A stretch of 64,000 nucleotides of DNA from a plasmid: sequence record NZ_CP084013.1. One strand, given 5' to 3'. Both the position numbers and the translations under genes were made by a program. Shown here piece by piece: positions 9,926-18,834 of the stretch (positions within the stretch are counted from its first letter, which is position 1; each line of letters starts with the position of its first letter). Under the pieces are notes generated by a model. That model was given only the letters and a program-made list of their open reading frames with translations. It did not search any database and was not told the DNA's origin.

Positions 9926-9974
9926 GTCAAGGGTTCGCCCGCCTCTAAGGCGGGTGGTGAATTGACATAATCCT

Positions 9975-10430
9975 ATGCTATACTGGTATTCAGTCGTACT
10001 CATCAGGAACGAGGTGATTACTGTGAAACTTGAATCAAATCATCATTCGGTGTTCCTCATGCATTATCATCTCGTGCTCGTCGTGAAATACCGTCGCAAA
10101 GTCTTTGATGACGAGATGTCGAACCGGGCTAGGGAGATTTTCGAGTACATCGCCCCGAAGTACGGCATCACATTGGAGGAATGGAACCACGACGTAGACC
10201 ACGTGCATGTCCTGTTCCGCGCCCAACCGAAAAGCGAACTGTCGAAGTTCATCAACGCTTACAAGAGCGCCAGCAGCCGCCTGTTGAAACAGGAGTATCC
10301 GCAAATCAGACAAAAACTCTGGAAAGAGTATTTCTGGAGCCGTAGCTTCTGCCTGCTCACAACTGGCAGCACACCTATTGAAGTGATACGGAAGTACATT
10401 GAGAACCAAGGTGAGAAAGGGGTGGAATAA
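9975..10430 (+). CDS. tnpA: IS200-family Y1 (HuH) transposase TnpA
   Basis: MHYHLVLVVKYRRKVF... and HVHVLF HuH motif; 151 aa. Confidence 0.85.
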   Translation: MLYWYSVVLIRNEVITVKLESNHHSVFLMHYHLVLVVKYRRKVFDDEMSNRAREIFEYIAPKYGITLEEWNHDVDHVHVLFRAQPKSELSKFINAYKSASSRLLKQEYPQIRQKLWKEYFWSRSFCLLTTGSTPIEVIRKYIENQGEKGVE

Positions 10431-10432
10431 GT

Positions 10433-11602
10433 ATGAGAACCCATACGGCGGTCAGATTCCGCGCCTATCCGACCGAAGAACAGGCACGGCAGGTAAACCG
10501 TACCATCGGTTGCGTCAGGTTCGTATACAATCTCATGCTCGAAACCCGCATCGCCCACTACCAGACCACTTGGGAGCCATGCTATCCCACCCCAGCCTTG
10601 TACAAGGACACGTATCCGTTCCTGCGCGAAGTGGATAGCTTCGCTCTTTGCAACGCGCAACTCGCATTGGAGAAGGCGTACAAGAGGTTCTTCGAGGACA
10701 GGAAAACAGGTTTTCCGAAGTACAAGTCGAAACGTCGGGGCAGGAAGACATACACGACGAACCTGTCCCACGGCAACATCGAATTGGATGACAAGGCAAG
10801 GAGGTTGAAACTACCCAAGCTCGGATGGTTGGCGGTCCGCCAACACAAGCGTATCCCCGACGATTGGAAACTGAAATCCGTCACCGTGGAGCATTGCCCT
10901 TCCGGAAGATACACCGCGACAATCCTTTTCGAGTACGAGACCCAAATACCCGAAAAAGTGAAGCCGGTGAAGACTGTCGGATTGGACTACGCGTCTCACG
11001 GCCTGTATGTTTCCAGTGACGGGGAGCACGCCGAATATCCGGGATACTATCGAAAAATGCAGGACAAGCTCGCCAGAGAGCAATGCAAGCTTTCCCATAT
11101 GGTCAAAGGTTCCGCCAACTGGCGTAAACAGTGCAAGCGGGTCGCCCGACTGTATGAGAAGACCGCCAATCAAAGACGCGACTACCAGCATAAGAAAGCC
11201 AACAGGATTGTCGCATCATACGATATGGTCGGCGTGGAGGCTCTGAGCATGAAAAGCATGATGAAGAAACCCGAGCCGAAACCAGACCCCGAACGTCAGG
11301 GACATTATCTTCCCAATGGTCGCAAAGCGAAAAGCGGACTGGCGAAAAGCACGTCGGACAACGGGTACGGCATGTTCTGCACCATGTTGGAATACAAGCT
11401 CGCCCGTCAAGGCAAACGGTTGGTTCATGTGGACAAATGGTATCCGTCCAGCCAACTATGCCACGACTGCGGTTACAAGAATCCTCTGGTCAAGGATTTA
11501 AGCGTCCGCGAATGGGCGTGCCCATCATGTGGAGTGTTGCATGACCGTGACGTGAACGCCGCCCGGAATATTCGGGATGAGGCAATGAGAATCATCGAGT
11601 AG
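10433..11602 (+). CDS. tnpB: TnpB (IS605 OrfB family)
   Basis: 389 aa; zinc ribbon CHDCGYKN...CPSCG; immediately downstream of tnpA. Confidence 0.85.
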   Translation: MRTHTAVRFRAYPTEEQARQVNRTIGCVRFVYNLMLETRIAHYQTTWEPCYPTPALYKDTYPFLREVDSFALCNAQLALEKAYKRFFEDRKTGFPKYKSKRRGRKTYTTNLSHGNIELDDKARRLKLPKLGWLAVRQHKRIPDDWKLKSVTVEHCPSGRYTATILFEYETQIPEKVKPVKTVGLDYASHGLYVSSDGEHAEYPGYYRKMQDKLAREQCKLSHMVKGSANWRKQCKRVARLYEKTANQRRDYQHKKANRIVASYDMVGVEALSMKSMMKKPEPKPDPERQGHYLPNGRKAKSGLAKSTSDNGYGMFCTMLEYKLARQGKRLVHVDKWYPSSQLCHDCGYKNPLVKDLSVREWACPSCGVLHDRDVNAARNIRDEAMRIIE

Positions 11603-11700
11603 CACGACTCATAAATCGTGCGAACCACAGGGCATGTGGGGATAGCCTGTCGATACTGAACCCACTGGGGTTCTTGAGCAGGAAGCCCCCGCCTCTACAG
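11480..11700 (+). ncRNA. predicted omega-RNA region of the tnpB at 10433..11602
   Basis: Inferred from TnpB biology; RE hairpin at the 3' end. Confidence 0.3.
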
Positions 11701-12005
11701 GCGGGGGAGAATGTCACGAAAGGTCGGCCGACACCGAAACAGAAACCGGCACAAAAGAAGAAGAACACTGGTTCCGGATACGATGCCGAATACCGGCGCT
11801 TCAGGGAACAGTTCATGCGTGATGTGACCGATCCGAAGAAAATCCGTGAAGCAGACCGTCTCGCATTCTTCAGTGGCACGCAAATCATTCTTGAAAACTA
11901 GCAAAAGGAAAGAATCTTGAAACATCCAATCCTTATCAGCCTCAGCATCATGCTGGCCGCAATCATCGCAGTCGCCGTGCGCCTTGCAAAAGACCCAGTC
12001 TGATC

Positions 12006-12863
12006 ATGCCCCGATATCACAGTCGAGCCGAACGAGCAGCCGACCTGCTCCAGTCGCGTCGTTCCACGGTGGAATCCGTTGCCAAGCAGACCGGTTTGCC
12101 CGTCGATATCGTTCGCCAGATCAACGAGCCTATCGCCAAACGTCTGGCGGAGCAGGATGCGGTGGATGCCGCGGAACGTAGCATGAGGAAAGCCGAAGCG
12201 AAGATAATGCGCGAACAGTATCCGTGCCCGCTTTGCTCCACTGGTCATGCGGAACCGCATGACTGCGACACGTTCCTTCCCCTCGGGTTCATACACGGTG
12301 GCGAACGTGACGGACAAATGGACGGCTTCTGGTGCCACCCGTACTTCTGCTCCTGTTCGAACCAACGGTGCATCGCCTGTAATATTTTCCCCAGCAAAAG
12401 CAGAGAGGAAGCCGTCGAACGGTTCTGCGCCGGAGACTTCGCCCACGAAGACGATTTCATCGAACTGAAAACCGGCAAACGTTACCACTATTCGCAATAC
12501 GGTATCGAACAGCAGATCCTCCGGTACCTAGCACATTGGAGCGCGGAGCAGGTCAAAAGGCTCGGCTTCGACCCGAAGCTCGTGGACACCCTGGCCATGC
12601 AACGGACATTGGATCGCATGGGCGACAAATACGTTGACGTGTTCGACACGACGCTACTATGCCCTAACTGCGGGATGAAAGGCGAATATCGGAAAGCCGT
12701 CAGCCCGATCACTCATACGAAAACATGGTGGCGGGTCGGCTGCCCATACTGCAAAACCCGCACCAGATACTCGTTTCCCTCTCAGAGAGAAGCTGCGGAA
12801 AAATTCGAATCCGCCCAACTGGATACCAAACCATCAATCCTTAACGAAAAGAGCAAATTATGA
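12006..12863 (+). CDS. tandem zinc-ribbon protein (two Lar-like Cys-cluster + S-REEAVERF / S-QREAAEKF repeats)
   Basis: CPLCS...HDC and CPNCG...CPYC clusters, each followed by a similar acidic helix motif. Confidence 0.45.
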   Translation: MPRYHSRAERAADLLQSRRSTVESVAKQTGLPVDIVRQINEPIAKRLAEQDAVDAAERSMRKAEAKIMREQYPCPLCSTGHAEPHDCDTFLPLGFIHGGERDGQMDGFWCHPYFCSCSNQRCIACNIFPSKSREEAVERFCAGDFAHEDDFIELKTGKRYHYSQYGIEQQILRYLAHWSAEQVKRLGFDPKLVDTLAMQRTLDRMGDKYVDVFDTTLLCPNCGMKGEYRKAVSPITHTKTWWRVGCPYCKTRTRYSFPSQREAAEKFESAQLDTKPSILNEKSKL

Positions 12864-12864
12864 A

Positions 12865-14199
12865 CTACCGTGAGGCTGAAGCCGTCACGGTTTCCTGCTT
12901 CGCCGAACGCATGGAGAACATACGCAGATTGTCCACGTATGACTCCGATGCGCTCTCCACAGGCTTGTATTCCCCTCGTTCCAAGGGTATTTTGTCCGAA
13001 TATTCGGATTGTCCAAGCCAGACCATGGTCTGAGCGGCTTTGACGTCTCTTGGGGCCGTATAACCACAGTCGGCGCACTTGTATATGCGCCGTCCCAGCG
13101 GGATTCTGGTTTTCGTCCCGCAGACAGGGCACAGTTGCGTGGTCGGCTCCCACTTGGAGAGCACCACCACCTGTCCCGCGTGGCGGGTCAGTCTGTTTTT
13201 GACGCGGCCGAGGATGCTGTGCTGTATTTTTCGGCCATAACGGCGGTGCCATGCTTTGACCTGTTCATCCTGCATGAAGATGGTCTCATTGCGCAGCAGT
13301 TCCGCCGCTGTCTTGTTGGCGGCATCGTTCAGTCGATTCTGCTGTTTCGTATATGCCCGACGGATTCTCATGCGATTGCGTTGCCGGTTGTTCGACCCCT
13401 TCTTCTTGCGGTTCAGTTTTCGCTGTTCCCGTTTGAGGCGGTCGGTTTCTCCAACCATGACGTCGCATTCCGTTCCGTCCGAACATGTGATGGCGGTCTT
13501 CACGCCCATGTCCAGTCCGATGATGGTGTTCTTCACCGGCGCTAGTCTCTTGGCTTCACGTCGCTTGCGGTGTTCCTCCTTGTCCATGTAGCAGGTGACA
13601 TGCAGATGCCACCCGTCCGCTTCGCTGGTGAGAACGGCCTTTGCCTGTTCCCATCCCTCCAATTGTCCGACGCCGCGCACCCGGACCCAGCCGGGGATGT
13701 TCTGTATCCTCGCCTTCTGTCCGCGTATGCGGTACGTGGTCTCCGGTTGTGGGAGTCCGAGCGACTTGACCTCGCTCGTGAACCCGACCGTTCCGGTCTT
13801 GCGGCCTTGTTTCTTGAGGGTTGCGAGTGTTTTGATGTTGGATCGGATGGTCTTGACGAGGGACTGCTTCATCTGGGAGCCGAGCACGCGGTATTCGCGT
13901 TCGTCCATCGTGTCGTCCTTGGTTTTCACGAGGACGTTTTTTCTTGGCTTGTAGGAGAACGGGTCTCCGCTGGCGATGCATTCGTTCCATAGCCATTTGG
14001 CTTCCAAGAACACGCGAACCAGTGCCTCGCGTTGGGTGCTGGAGAGTTTGTTGCCCACTATTTTCAGGTCGAACGTGGAACAGGTCTGGGTTTTCCTCTT
14101 GGCTTTGGTCGCCTTGATGGATTCCTTGATTCTTCGGTTCTTGTCCAGTCTCGCCTCTTCGGAGGTTCTGCGTGGCGAGCCGATGAGACTGACCGTCAT
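12865..14199 (-). CDS. tnpB: TnpB-like (IS605 OrfB family); C-terminal end of ORF probably reads through into the IS end
   Basis: Zinc ribbon CPVCGTKT...CADCGYTAP; HTH/RuvC-like layout; 444-aa ORF. Confidence 0.7.
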   Translation of the reverse strand: MTVSLIGSPRRTSEEARLDKNRRIKESIKATKAKRKTQTCSTFDLKIVGNKLSSTQREALVRVFLEAKWLWNECIASGDPFSYKPRKNVLVKTKDDTMDEREYRVLGSQMKQSLVKTIRSNIKTLATLKKQGRKTGTVGFTSEVKSLGLPQPETTYRIRGQKARIQNIPGWVRVRGVGQLEGWEQAKAVLTSEADGWHLHVTCYMDKEEHRKRREAKRLAPVKNTIIGLDMGVKTAITCSDGTECDVMVGETDRLKREQRKLNRKKKGSNNRQRNRMRIRRAYTKQQNRLNDAANKTAAELLRNETIFMQDEQVKAWHRRYGRKIQHSILGRVKNRLTRHAGQVVVLSKWEPTTQLCPVCGTKTRIPLGRRIYKCADCGYTAPRDVKAAQTMVWLGQSEYSDKIPLERGEYKPVESASESYVDNLRMFSMRSAKQETVTASASR

Positions 14200-14251
14200 G
14201 CTAACACCTCCGAATCTGCTAAACTGTTGTTAGCATGATTATAGCATAGAG

Positions 14252-14698
14252 GTGTGCGACATGGAACCCGACGAATACAAGCCAAAGGCTTCCGCGAAAG
14301 TGCGGACCAGATACCATATCGTGCTGGTCACGAAATACCGCAAACACGCTCTCGCAGGAATAGAGGCGGACGTGCTCGACAGCATCCGCGACGCCGAACG
14401 ACGCTCACGGTTCGCAATCCATCGAATCAACACGGGCGACGGCAACCACGTGCATATGCTCGTCAGCATCCCACCCGACATGACCATCAGCGGGACAGTC
14501 AGCCGAATCAAACAGCTCACCACACGTGAACTGTGGAGCAAGCACCCCGATCATCTCAAACGCTACTACTGGGGAAAGCGCCACAAGCTATGGTCCGCCG
14601 GATACTATTGCGAAACCGTGGGAAGGAACAGCGAAAGCATAGTCGAACGCTACATAGACAACCAAAGACAAGCGGAGGCGATTCATCCGCGACACTGA
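14252..14698 (+). CDS. tnpA: IS200-family TnpA
   Basis: YHIVLVTKYRKHAL and HVHMLVSIPP HuH motif. Confidence 0.85.
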   Translation: MCDMEPDEYKPKASAKVRTRYHIVLVTKYRKHALAGIEADVLDSIRDAERRSRFAIHRINTGDGNHVHMLVSIPPDMTISGTVSRIKQLTTRELWSKHPDHLKRYYWGKRHKLWSAGYYCETVGRNSESIVERYIDNQRQAEAIHPRH

Positions 14699-14734
14699 AG
14701 ATGACGAGGCTTTCTCGCCAAAACAAAAACGGTA

Positions 14735-15187
14735 ATGGCAAGCAACTTCTACAAGGCGGGTGCGGCTGCGATGACCTCGAACAAGGACGATTGGGAAACC
14801 CCGCAATCCTTGTTCGATCAGCTGGACGAGGAATTCCACTTCATCCTCGACGCGGCATCCAGCGACCAGAACGCAAAATGCGAACACCACTACACAGCCG
14901 AAAACAGTGGCCTAGAACACTCATGGGAAGGGGAGACGGTTTTCTGCAATCCTCCCTACGGCCGCAACATCGGTGATTGGATACGCAAAGCCTCACAGGA
15001 AGCCAGCAAACCTGACACTCTCGTAGTCCTATTGGTTCCCGCACGCACTGACACCCGCTGGTTCCAGAACCATATCCTGCACCGTGCGGAAGTCCGGTTT
15101 CTGCCCGGACGTTTGAAGTATGAGGTGAATGGGCAGGCCGGTGAAGCGGCGCCATCGTTTTGGCGTGAGGGTACACCGTCCTTTTAG
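14735..15187 (+). CDS. phage-type DNA N6-adenine methyltransferase (Dam family, pfam05869-like); C-terminus altered by IS insertion
   Basis: DDWETPQSLFDQLDEEF...FILDAAS...FCNPPYG motifs; stop codon TAG lies inside the IS left end (GTCCTTTTAGGGCGG). Confidence 0.65.
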   Translation: MASNFYKAGAAAMTSNKDDWETPQSLFDQLDEEFHFILDAASSDQNAKCEHHYTAENSGLEHSWEGETVFCNPPYGRNIGDWIRKASQEASKPDTLVVLLVPARTDTRWFQNHILHRAEVRFLPGRLKYEVNGQAGEAAPSFWREGTPSF

Positions 15188-15199
15188 GGCGGTGGGGAA

Positions 15200-15721
15200 T
15201 CACGCTGGTCTGTTCTGGTTCTCGATATACCGTTTCAGCGTGTCCAACGGCGCACCGCCCGCCGTGCCCGCGTAGTAGCTGGGCGACCAGAGGCGTTGCG
15301 CCCTCCAATAGTGTCGGGCGAGTTCGGGGTAGTCGCGTCTCAGGTATCGGCTGGACACTCCCTTGAGGCTGTTGACGAGTCGGCTGAGTTCCACGGTCGG
15401 GGGAAACGATACGAGCAGGTGCACGTGGTCGGTTTCGCCGTTGAACTCCTCCAACCGGCAGTCGAACGAGGCGCACACGTCGGAGAATATGCGTTCCAAC
15501 GCCTTCAGGTGCTCGTCGGTGAACACGTCGTGCCGGTATTTGGTGACGAAGACCAAGTGCGCATGCAAATCGTAGACGCAGTGCCGTCCCTTACGAATAT
15601 CGTTTGTCTTATCCATGAAGACCAAGTATAATACCAAACATGAGTTCCTACAGGCGATACAACTACCGCGCCTACCCAACGCAAGGGCAGCGCGAGGCAT
15701 TGTCATGCCTGTACGGCGCAT
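15200..15721 (-). CDS. tnpA: IS200-family TnpA
   Basis: HLVFVTKYRHDVF and DHVHLLVSFPP HuH motif. Confidence 0.8.
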   Translation of the reverse strand: MRRTGMTMPRAALALGRRGSCIACRNSCLVLYLVFMDKTNDIRKGRHCVYDLHAHLVFVTKYRHDVFTDEHLKALERIFSDVCASFDCRLEEFNGETDHVHLLVSFPPTVELSRLVNSLKGVSSRYLRRDYPELARHYWRAQRLWSPSYYAGTAGGAPLDTLKRYIENQNRPA

Positions 15722-16926
15722 GCCGGTACGCGTACAATTGGACGCTCGACCAGCGGGAGCTTATGCGTCGCCGACATGGGCGAATGCAGTCCTGCACGCA
15801 GTTGAGCAACATGTTCACCCTATGGAAGCGAGAACCCGGCATGGAATGGCTTCTGGCCGTATCATCCACGCCTTTACAGCAGTCGATACGCCACGCGGAC
15901 ATGGCCTACCGGAACTTCCTTCGCCTCTACAAGGCGGGCAGGACGCATATTGTGACCAACCGCCGTACCGGGAAGAAGCGTCGCACGGGGCTGCCCCGGT
16001 ACAAGAGCCGCAGGGACGGGGAGCAGTCGGCCGAGTTCACCAAGTCCGCGCGATTCAAGGTCGGGCATGCGGACGGATGCAAGTGGGCGTTCCTCACGCT
16101 CCCGAAAATCGGGCGGGTCAAGCTCCGTTGGACTCGCGAACTGCCGTCCAAGCCGAACACCGTCACCATCATGAGGCATGCGGACGGCTCTTACGAGGCG
16201 AGCTTCACCGTGCAAGTCGATGACAAGGCCGACGCGCCCGAGCCGCTGCATGAGGCGTGCGGCATCGACATGGGGCTTGACTCGCTCATGAGCATCGTCT
16301 ATACGGACGGCACACGCGAGAAGATACCCCACCCGCGCACCCTGAACCGCAAGATGCGCAGACTGCGCAAACTCGACAAACAACTGGCAAGGGAAACGAA
16401 AGGCTCGAACAACCATGCGAAGACACGACTTCTGAAGGCCAAGACCTACGGTCGGATACGGAACCAACGCCGGGACGTGGCGTACAAGCTGGCATCCAAG
16501 GTGGCGGGCGAGAACCAAGCCGTCGCCTTGGAGACCCTGAACGTCAAAGGACTTGCCCGCACCTGCATGGCGAAGAGCCTGTTGGATGCGAACTGGACGC
16601 GTATCATCGACCGCATCCAACAATTGGGCGTCCAATATGGCAGAACCGTCAAACGCATCGACCGCTGGTATCCCAGCAGCCAAATCTGCTCCCAATGCGG
16701 ACGCCGCGACGGACGGAAACCGTTGGACATACGCGAATGGGAATGCCCGCAATGCGGCATACGGCTCGACCGTGATTGGAACGCCGCACTGAACATCCTC
16801 GACGCCGCGGGACTCGCGGAGTCGCTAAACGCCCGTGGAGGCGACGTAAGACGGAGACTGGCGCAAACCGGTCGCAACGCGGACGCCCGTGAAGCGGGAA
16901 CCCGCCGAACCGCAAGGCTTCATTAA
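15640..16926 (+). CDS. tnpB: TnpB (IS605 OrfB family)
   Basis: 428 aa; zinc ribbon CSQCGRRDG...CPQCG; 5' end overlaps the divergent tnpA. Confidence 0.85.
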   Translation: MSSYRRYNYRAYPTQGQREALSCLYGACRYAYNWTLDQRELMRRRHGRMQSCTQLSNMFTLWKREPGMEWLLAVSSTPLQQSIRHADMAYRNFLRLYKAGRTHIVTNRRTGKKRRTGLPRYKSRRDGEQSAEFTKSARFKVGHADGCKWAFLTLPKIGRVKLRWTRELPSKPNTVTIMRHADGSYEASFTVQVDDKADAPEPLHEACGIDMGLDSLMSIVYTDGTREKIPHPRTLNRKMRRLRKLDKQLARETKGSNNHAKTRLLKAKTYGRIRNQRRDVAYKLASKVAGENQAVALETLNVKGLARTCMAKSLLDANWTRIIDRIQQLGVQYGRTVKRIDRWYPSSQICSQCGRRDGRKPLDIREWECPQCGIRLDRDWNAALNILDAAGLAESLNARGGDVRRRLAQTGRNADAREAGTRRTARLH

Positions 16927-16977
16927 GCTGACCGGCGTAGGAATCCCCCGCCTTCAGGCGGGGGAGGATGTCAAGCT
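16800..16977 (+). ncRNA. predicted omega-RNA region of the tnpB at 15640..16926
   Basis: Inferred; RE hairpin at 16941..16960. Confidence 0.3.
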
Positions 16978-16988
16978 TGACCTCCTGA

Positions 16989-18302
16989 TTAGGCGTTGAG
17001 CGGTGTGCCGCAGTTTGGGCAGAAGTTGGTTTGTCCGTTCAATGGCTGACCGCATTTGGGGCAGTTGTTCGTTATTGCCGGCTGGGGGATAGGGGCTGGG
17101 ACGGGTGAGGTCGCAGGCATCGGCACAGTGTTCGTCGCCGGCGCTGCTGGCGCAGGAGTCTGTTGCTTGACTGCCGAGGTGAACAGTCTGACGACACGTG
17201 GCGGAATATTGTCCACCGGCAGCAGGCTCAGGGATTGGATTTCCGCAACCAACTGTCCAGGCGTCACGACACGAACATTGCCCGGCCATGCGGCTTCGCT
17301 GACATCCGGGTTGCCGTTATGTCCGCCCGGTACCATGCAGACCATCCATTGGGCCGCCACGTGATAGGTTTCGAGCGTGGACGCCCAATTATCGCGTTGG
17401 GTTGCCATGTTCTCGCTCATCTTGACCACGGGTGTTCCGTCCGAGCCTTTGATGAGGGCTCGACGGCTGATGCTCATGCGCACCAGGTTTCGTGGATCCA
17501 GGTTCACGTATTTGGTGTCGCTGCCGCCCTTGTAGTTCTTCGCGTCCACGAACCAGGCATGCACCTGCTGTTGCGGGTCTATGCCGACCAGCACGCAGTC
17601 GATGTCCGCGTTGATGGGCTGGCGGTTCTCGTTGAGCCCGTACAGGGACCAGAAGGAGATGACGTTGAGCCGCATGTAGGCGATGATTCTGGCCAATGCG
17701 GATTCGCCCTGCTGGCCGGCCTGTACGGCCGTGTTTCCGAAAGCGGAATAGTCCAAGCCGGAACCCGGATCGCCGTACAGTTTCCCGAGCTGGCGTTCCT
17801 GTTGCAGGTTCGCGTTGAGACTGGCCTCATACAACGGGTCGGGGGAGCCGCCGTTGTCGTGGTCTATCACGAACCAGCCATAATAGGAGTCCTCGTTGCT
17901 CATGGCGGCCACCAGCCCGTATCGGGGTGCAAGACGGTTCAGCTCCGTCTGCGTGTCCATAATGAGGGAATTGCTTGTCGGCTGTGGTTCGCCATCGTCA
18001 AGACTCAGGATGCCGCGCAAAACGGCACCTCCGATAAGCGCGATAACCACACCTATCATGAGCTGGACGAACCCCAGTCCATTCGTCGCAGTCGATTCAC
18101 CAGTACCGGCGAATGGCCGTATCGCATAATCAATACCCAGCGACATGACGATCGCGGATATTAATCCCCCCACGCCCGTATAGATTCTGTCCCGCATGGT
18201 CTTGCAGAAAACCACGCGGACTATCACTGCACTGATGCCTACCATCATGGCGATGATTCCGATACCATTGAGGTCTTGCAGGAACGGGTCCAGATGTCCC
18301 AT
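16989..18302 (-). CDS. membrane protein with NERD-like nuclease-related domain and C-terminal double zinc ribbon
   Basis: Two N-terminal TM helices; GE...DIDCVLVG...VDAKNYKGG NERD-like motifs; CPKCGQPLNGQTNFCPNCGTPL at the C-terminus. Confidence 0.5.
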   Translation of the reverse strand: MGHLDPFLQDLNGIGIIAMMVGISAVIVRVVFCKTMRDRIYTGVGGLISAIVMSLGIDYAIRPFAGTGESTATNGLGFVQLMIGVVIALIGGAVLRGILSLDDGEPQPTSNSLIMDTQTELNRLAPRYGLVAAMSNEDSYYGWFVIDHDNGGSPDPLYEASLNANLQQERQLGKLYGDPGSGLDYSAFGNTAVQAGQQGESALARIIAYMRLNVISFWSLYGLNENRQPINADIDCVLVGIDPQQQVHAWFVDAKNYKGGSDTKYVNLDPRNLVRMSISRRALIKGSDGTPVVKMSENMATQRDNWASTLETYHVAAQWMVCMVPGGHNGNPDVSEAAWPGNVRVVTPGQLVAEIQSLSLLPVDNIPPRVVRLFTSAVKQQTPAPAAPATNTVPMPATSPVPAPIPQPAITNNCPKCGQPLNGQTNFCPNCGTPLNA

Positions 18303-18315
18303 GATTTATCTCTCC

Positions 18316-18834
18316 TCAGCTATGCAATGGCTGGCTATATTCCAAAATCCGACGGTAGTCCTCCAAAAGGAATACCGTGACATCCATCTCACAGGACATC
18401 TGATAGATCTCGCCATCATATTCCCGTTCGGCCTGCACATAGTCCGCCGGGTCGATCAGAAACATGGCGGTTTCACGGCGCACACGCCATTCGGCATGGC
18501 TTTTCCCGTATTCCGCATGCGAATCATCGGCGTGCAGCCAGTGGAACAATTCATGGGTGAGAGAGCATCGTTTCTGCACGTCGGTCATATGCTCGTCGAT
18601 GATTATGGTCTGGATAGCCTCACAGTAGAGGCCTGAAGTGTCATCGTCAAGCGTGGCTTCGATGACGTGGACTGGCTGGGTTTCCACGGCATCGAGCATC
18701 TGCTCGTAGGTCATGCCACGGTTGATGGGCATGTGGCGGTCGAATTGTGCGGCCGTTAGCACGGTTGAATATCCTCCTATCGAATCGGTTCGAGAAGAGG
18801 ATACTCTGACAGAACAGGGGCGAGCAGTCGTCAC
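18316..18834 (-). CDS. ImmA/IrrE-family metallopeptidase
   Basis: HEXXH zinc-binding motif HELFHWLH in a 172-aa protein directly downstream of, and overlapping, an XRE regulator gene. Confidence 0.7.
   Translation of the reverse strand: MTTARPCSVRVSSSRTDSIGGYSTVLTAAQFDRHMPINRGMTYEQMLDAVETQPVHVIEATLDDDTSGLYCEAIQTIIIDEHMTDVQKRCSLTHELFHWLHADDSHAEYGKSHAEWRVRRETAMFLIDPADYVQAEREYDGEIYQMSCEMDVTVFLLEDYRRILEYSQPLHS

Larger units (their letters stand above)
9925..11700 (+). mobile_element. IS200/IS605-family element (tnpA + tnpB, same orientation)
   Basis: LE hairpin CGCCCGCCTCTAAGGCGGGTG at 9942..9962; RE hairpin CCCCCGCCTCTACAGGCGGGGG at 11678..11699. Confidence 0.65.
12864..14710 (-). mobile_element. 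IS200/IS605-family element (tnpB minus, tnpA plus: divergent layout)
   Basis: tnpA/tnpB pair; hairpin CCGTGAGGCTGAAGCCGTCACGG at the 12867..12890 end. Confidence 0.55.
15178..16977 (+). mobile_element. IS200/IS605-family element (tnpA inverted, tnpB plus)
   Basis: LE GTCCTTTTAGGGCGG and RE hairpin CCCCCGCCTTCAGGCGGGGG plus end GGAGGATGTCAAGC match the ends of the element at 6988..8380. Confidence 0.65.

Noticed and set aside
16989-18302. Considered that the gene after immA is a degenerate tyrosine or serine integrase, as in ICEBs1
   Set aside because: No R...HxxR...Y or serine-recombinase motifs. It has TM helices, a NERD-like motif and a zinc ribbon instead.
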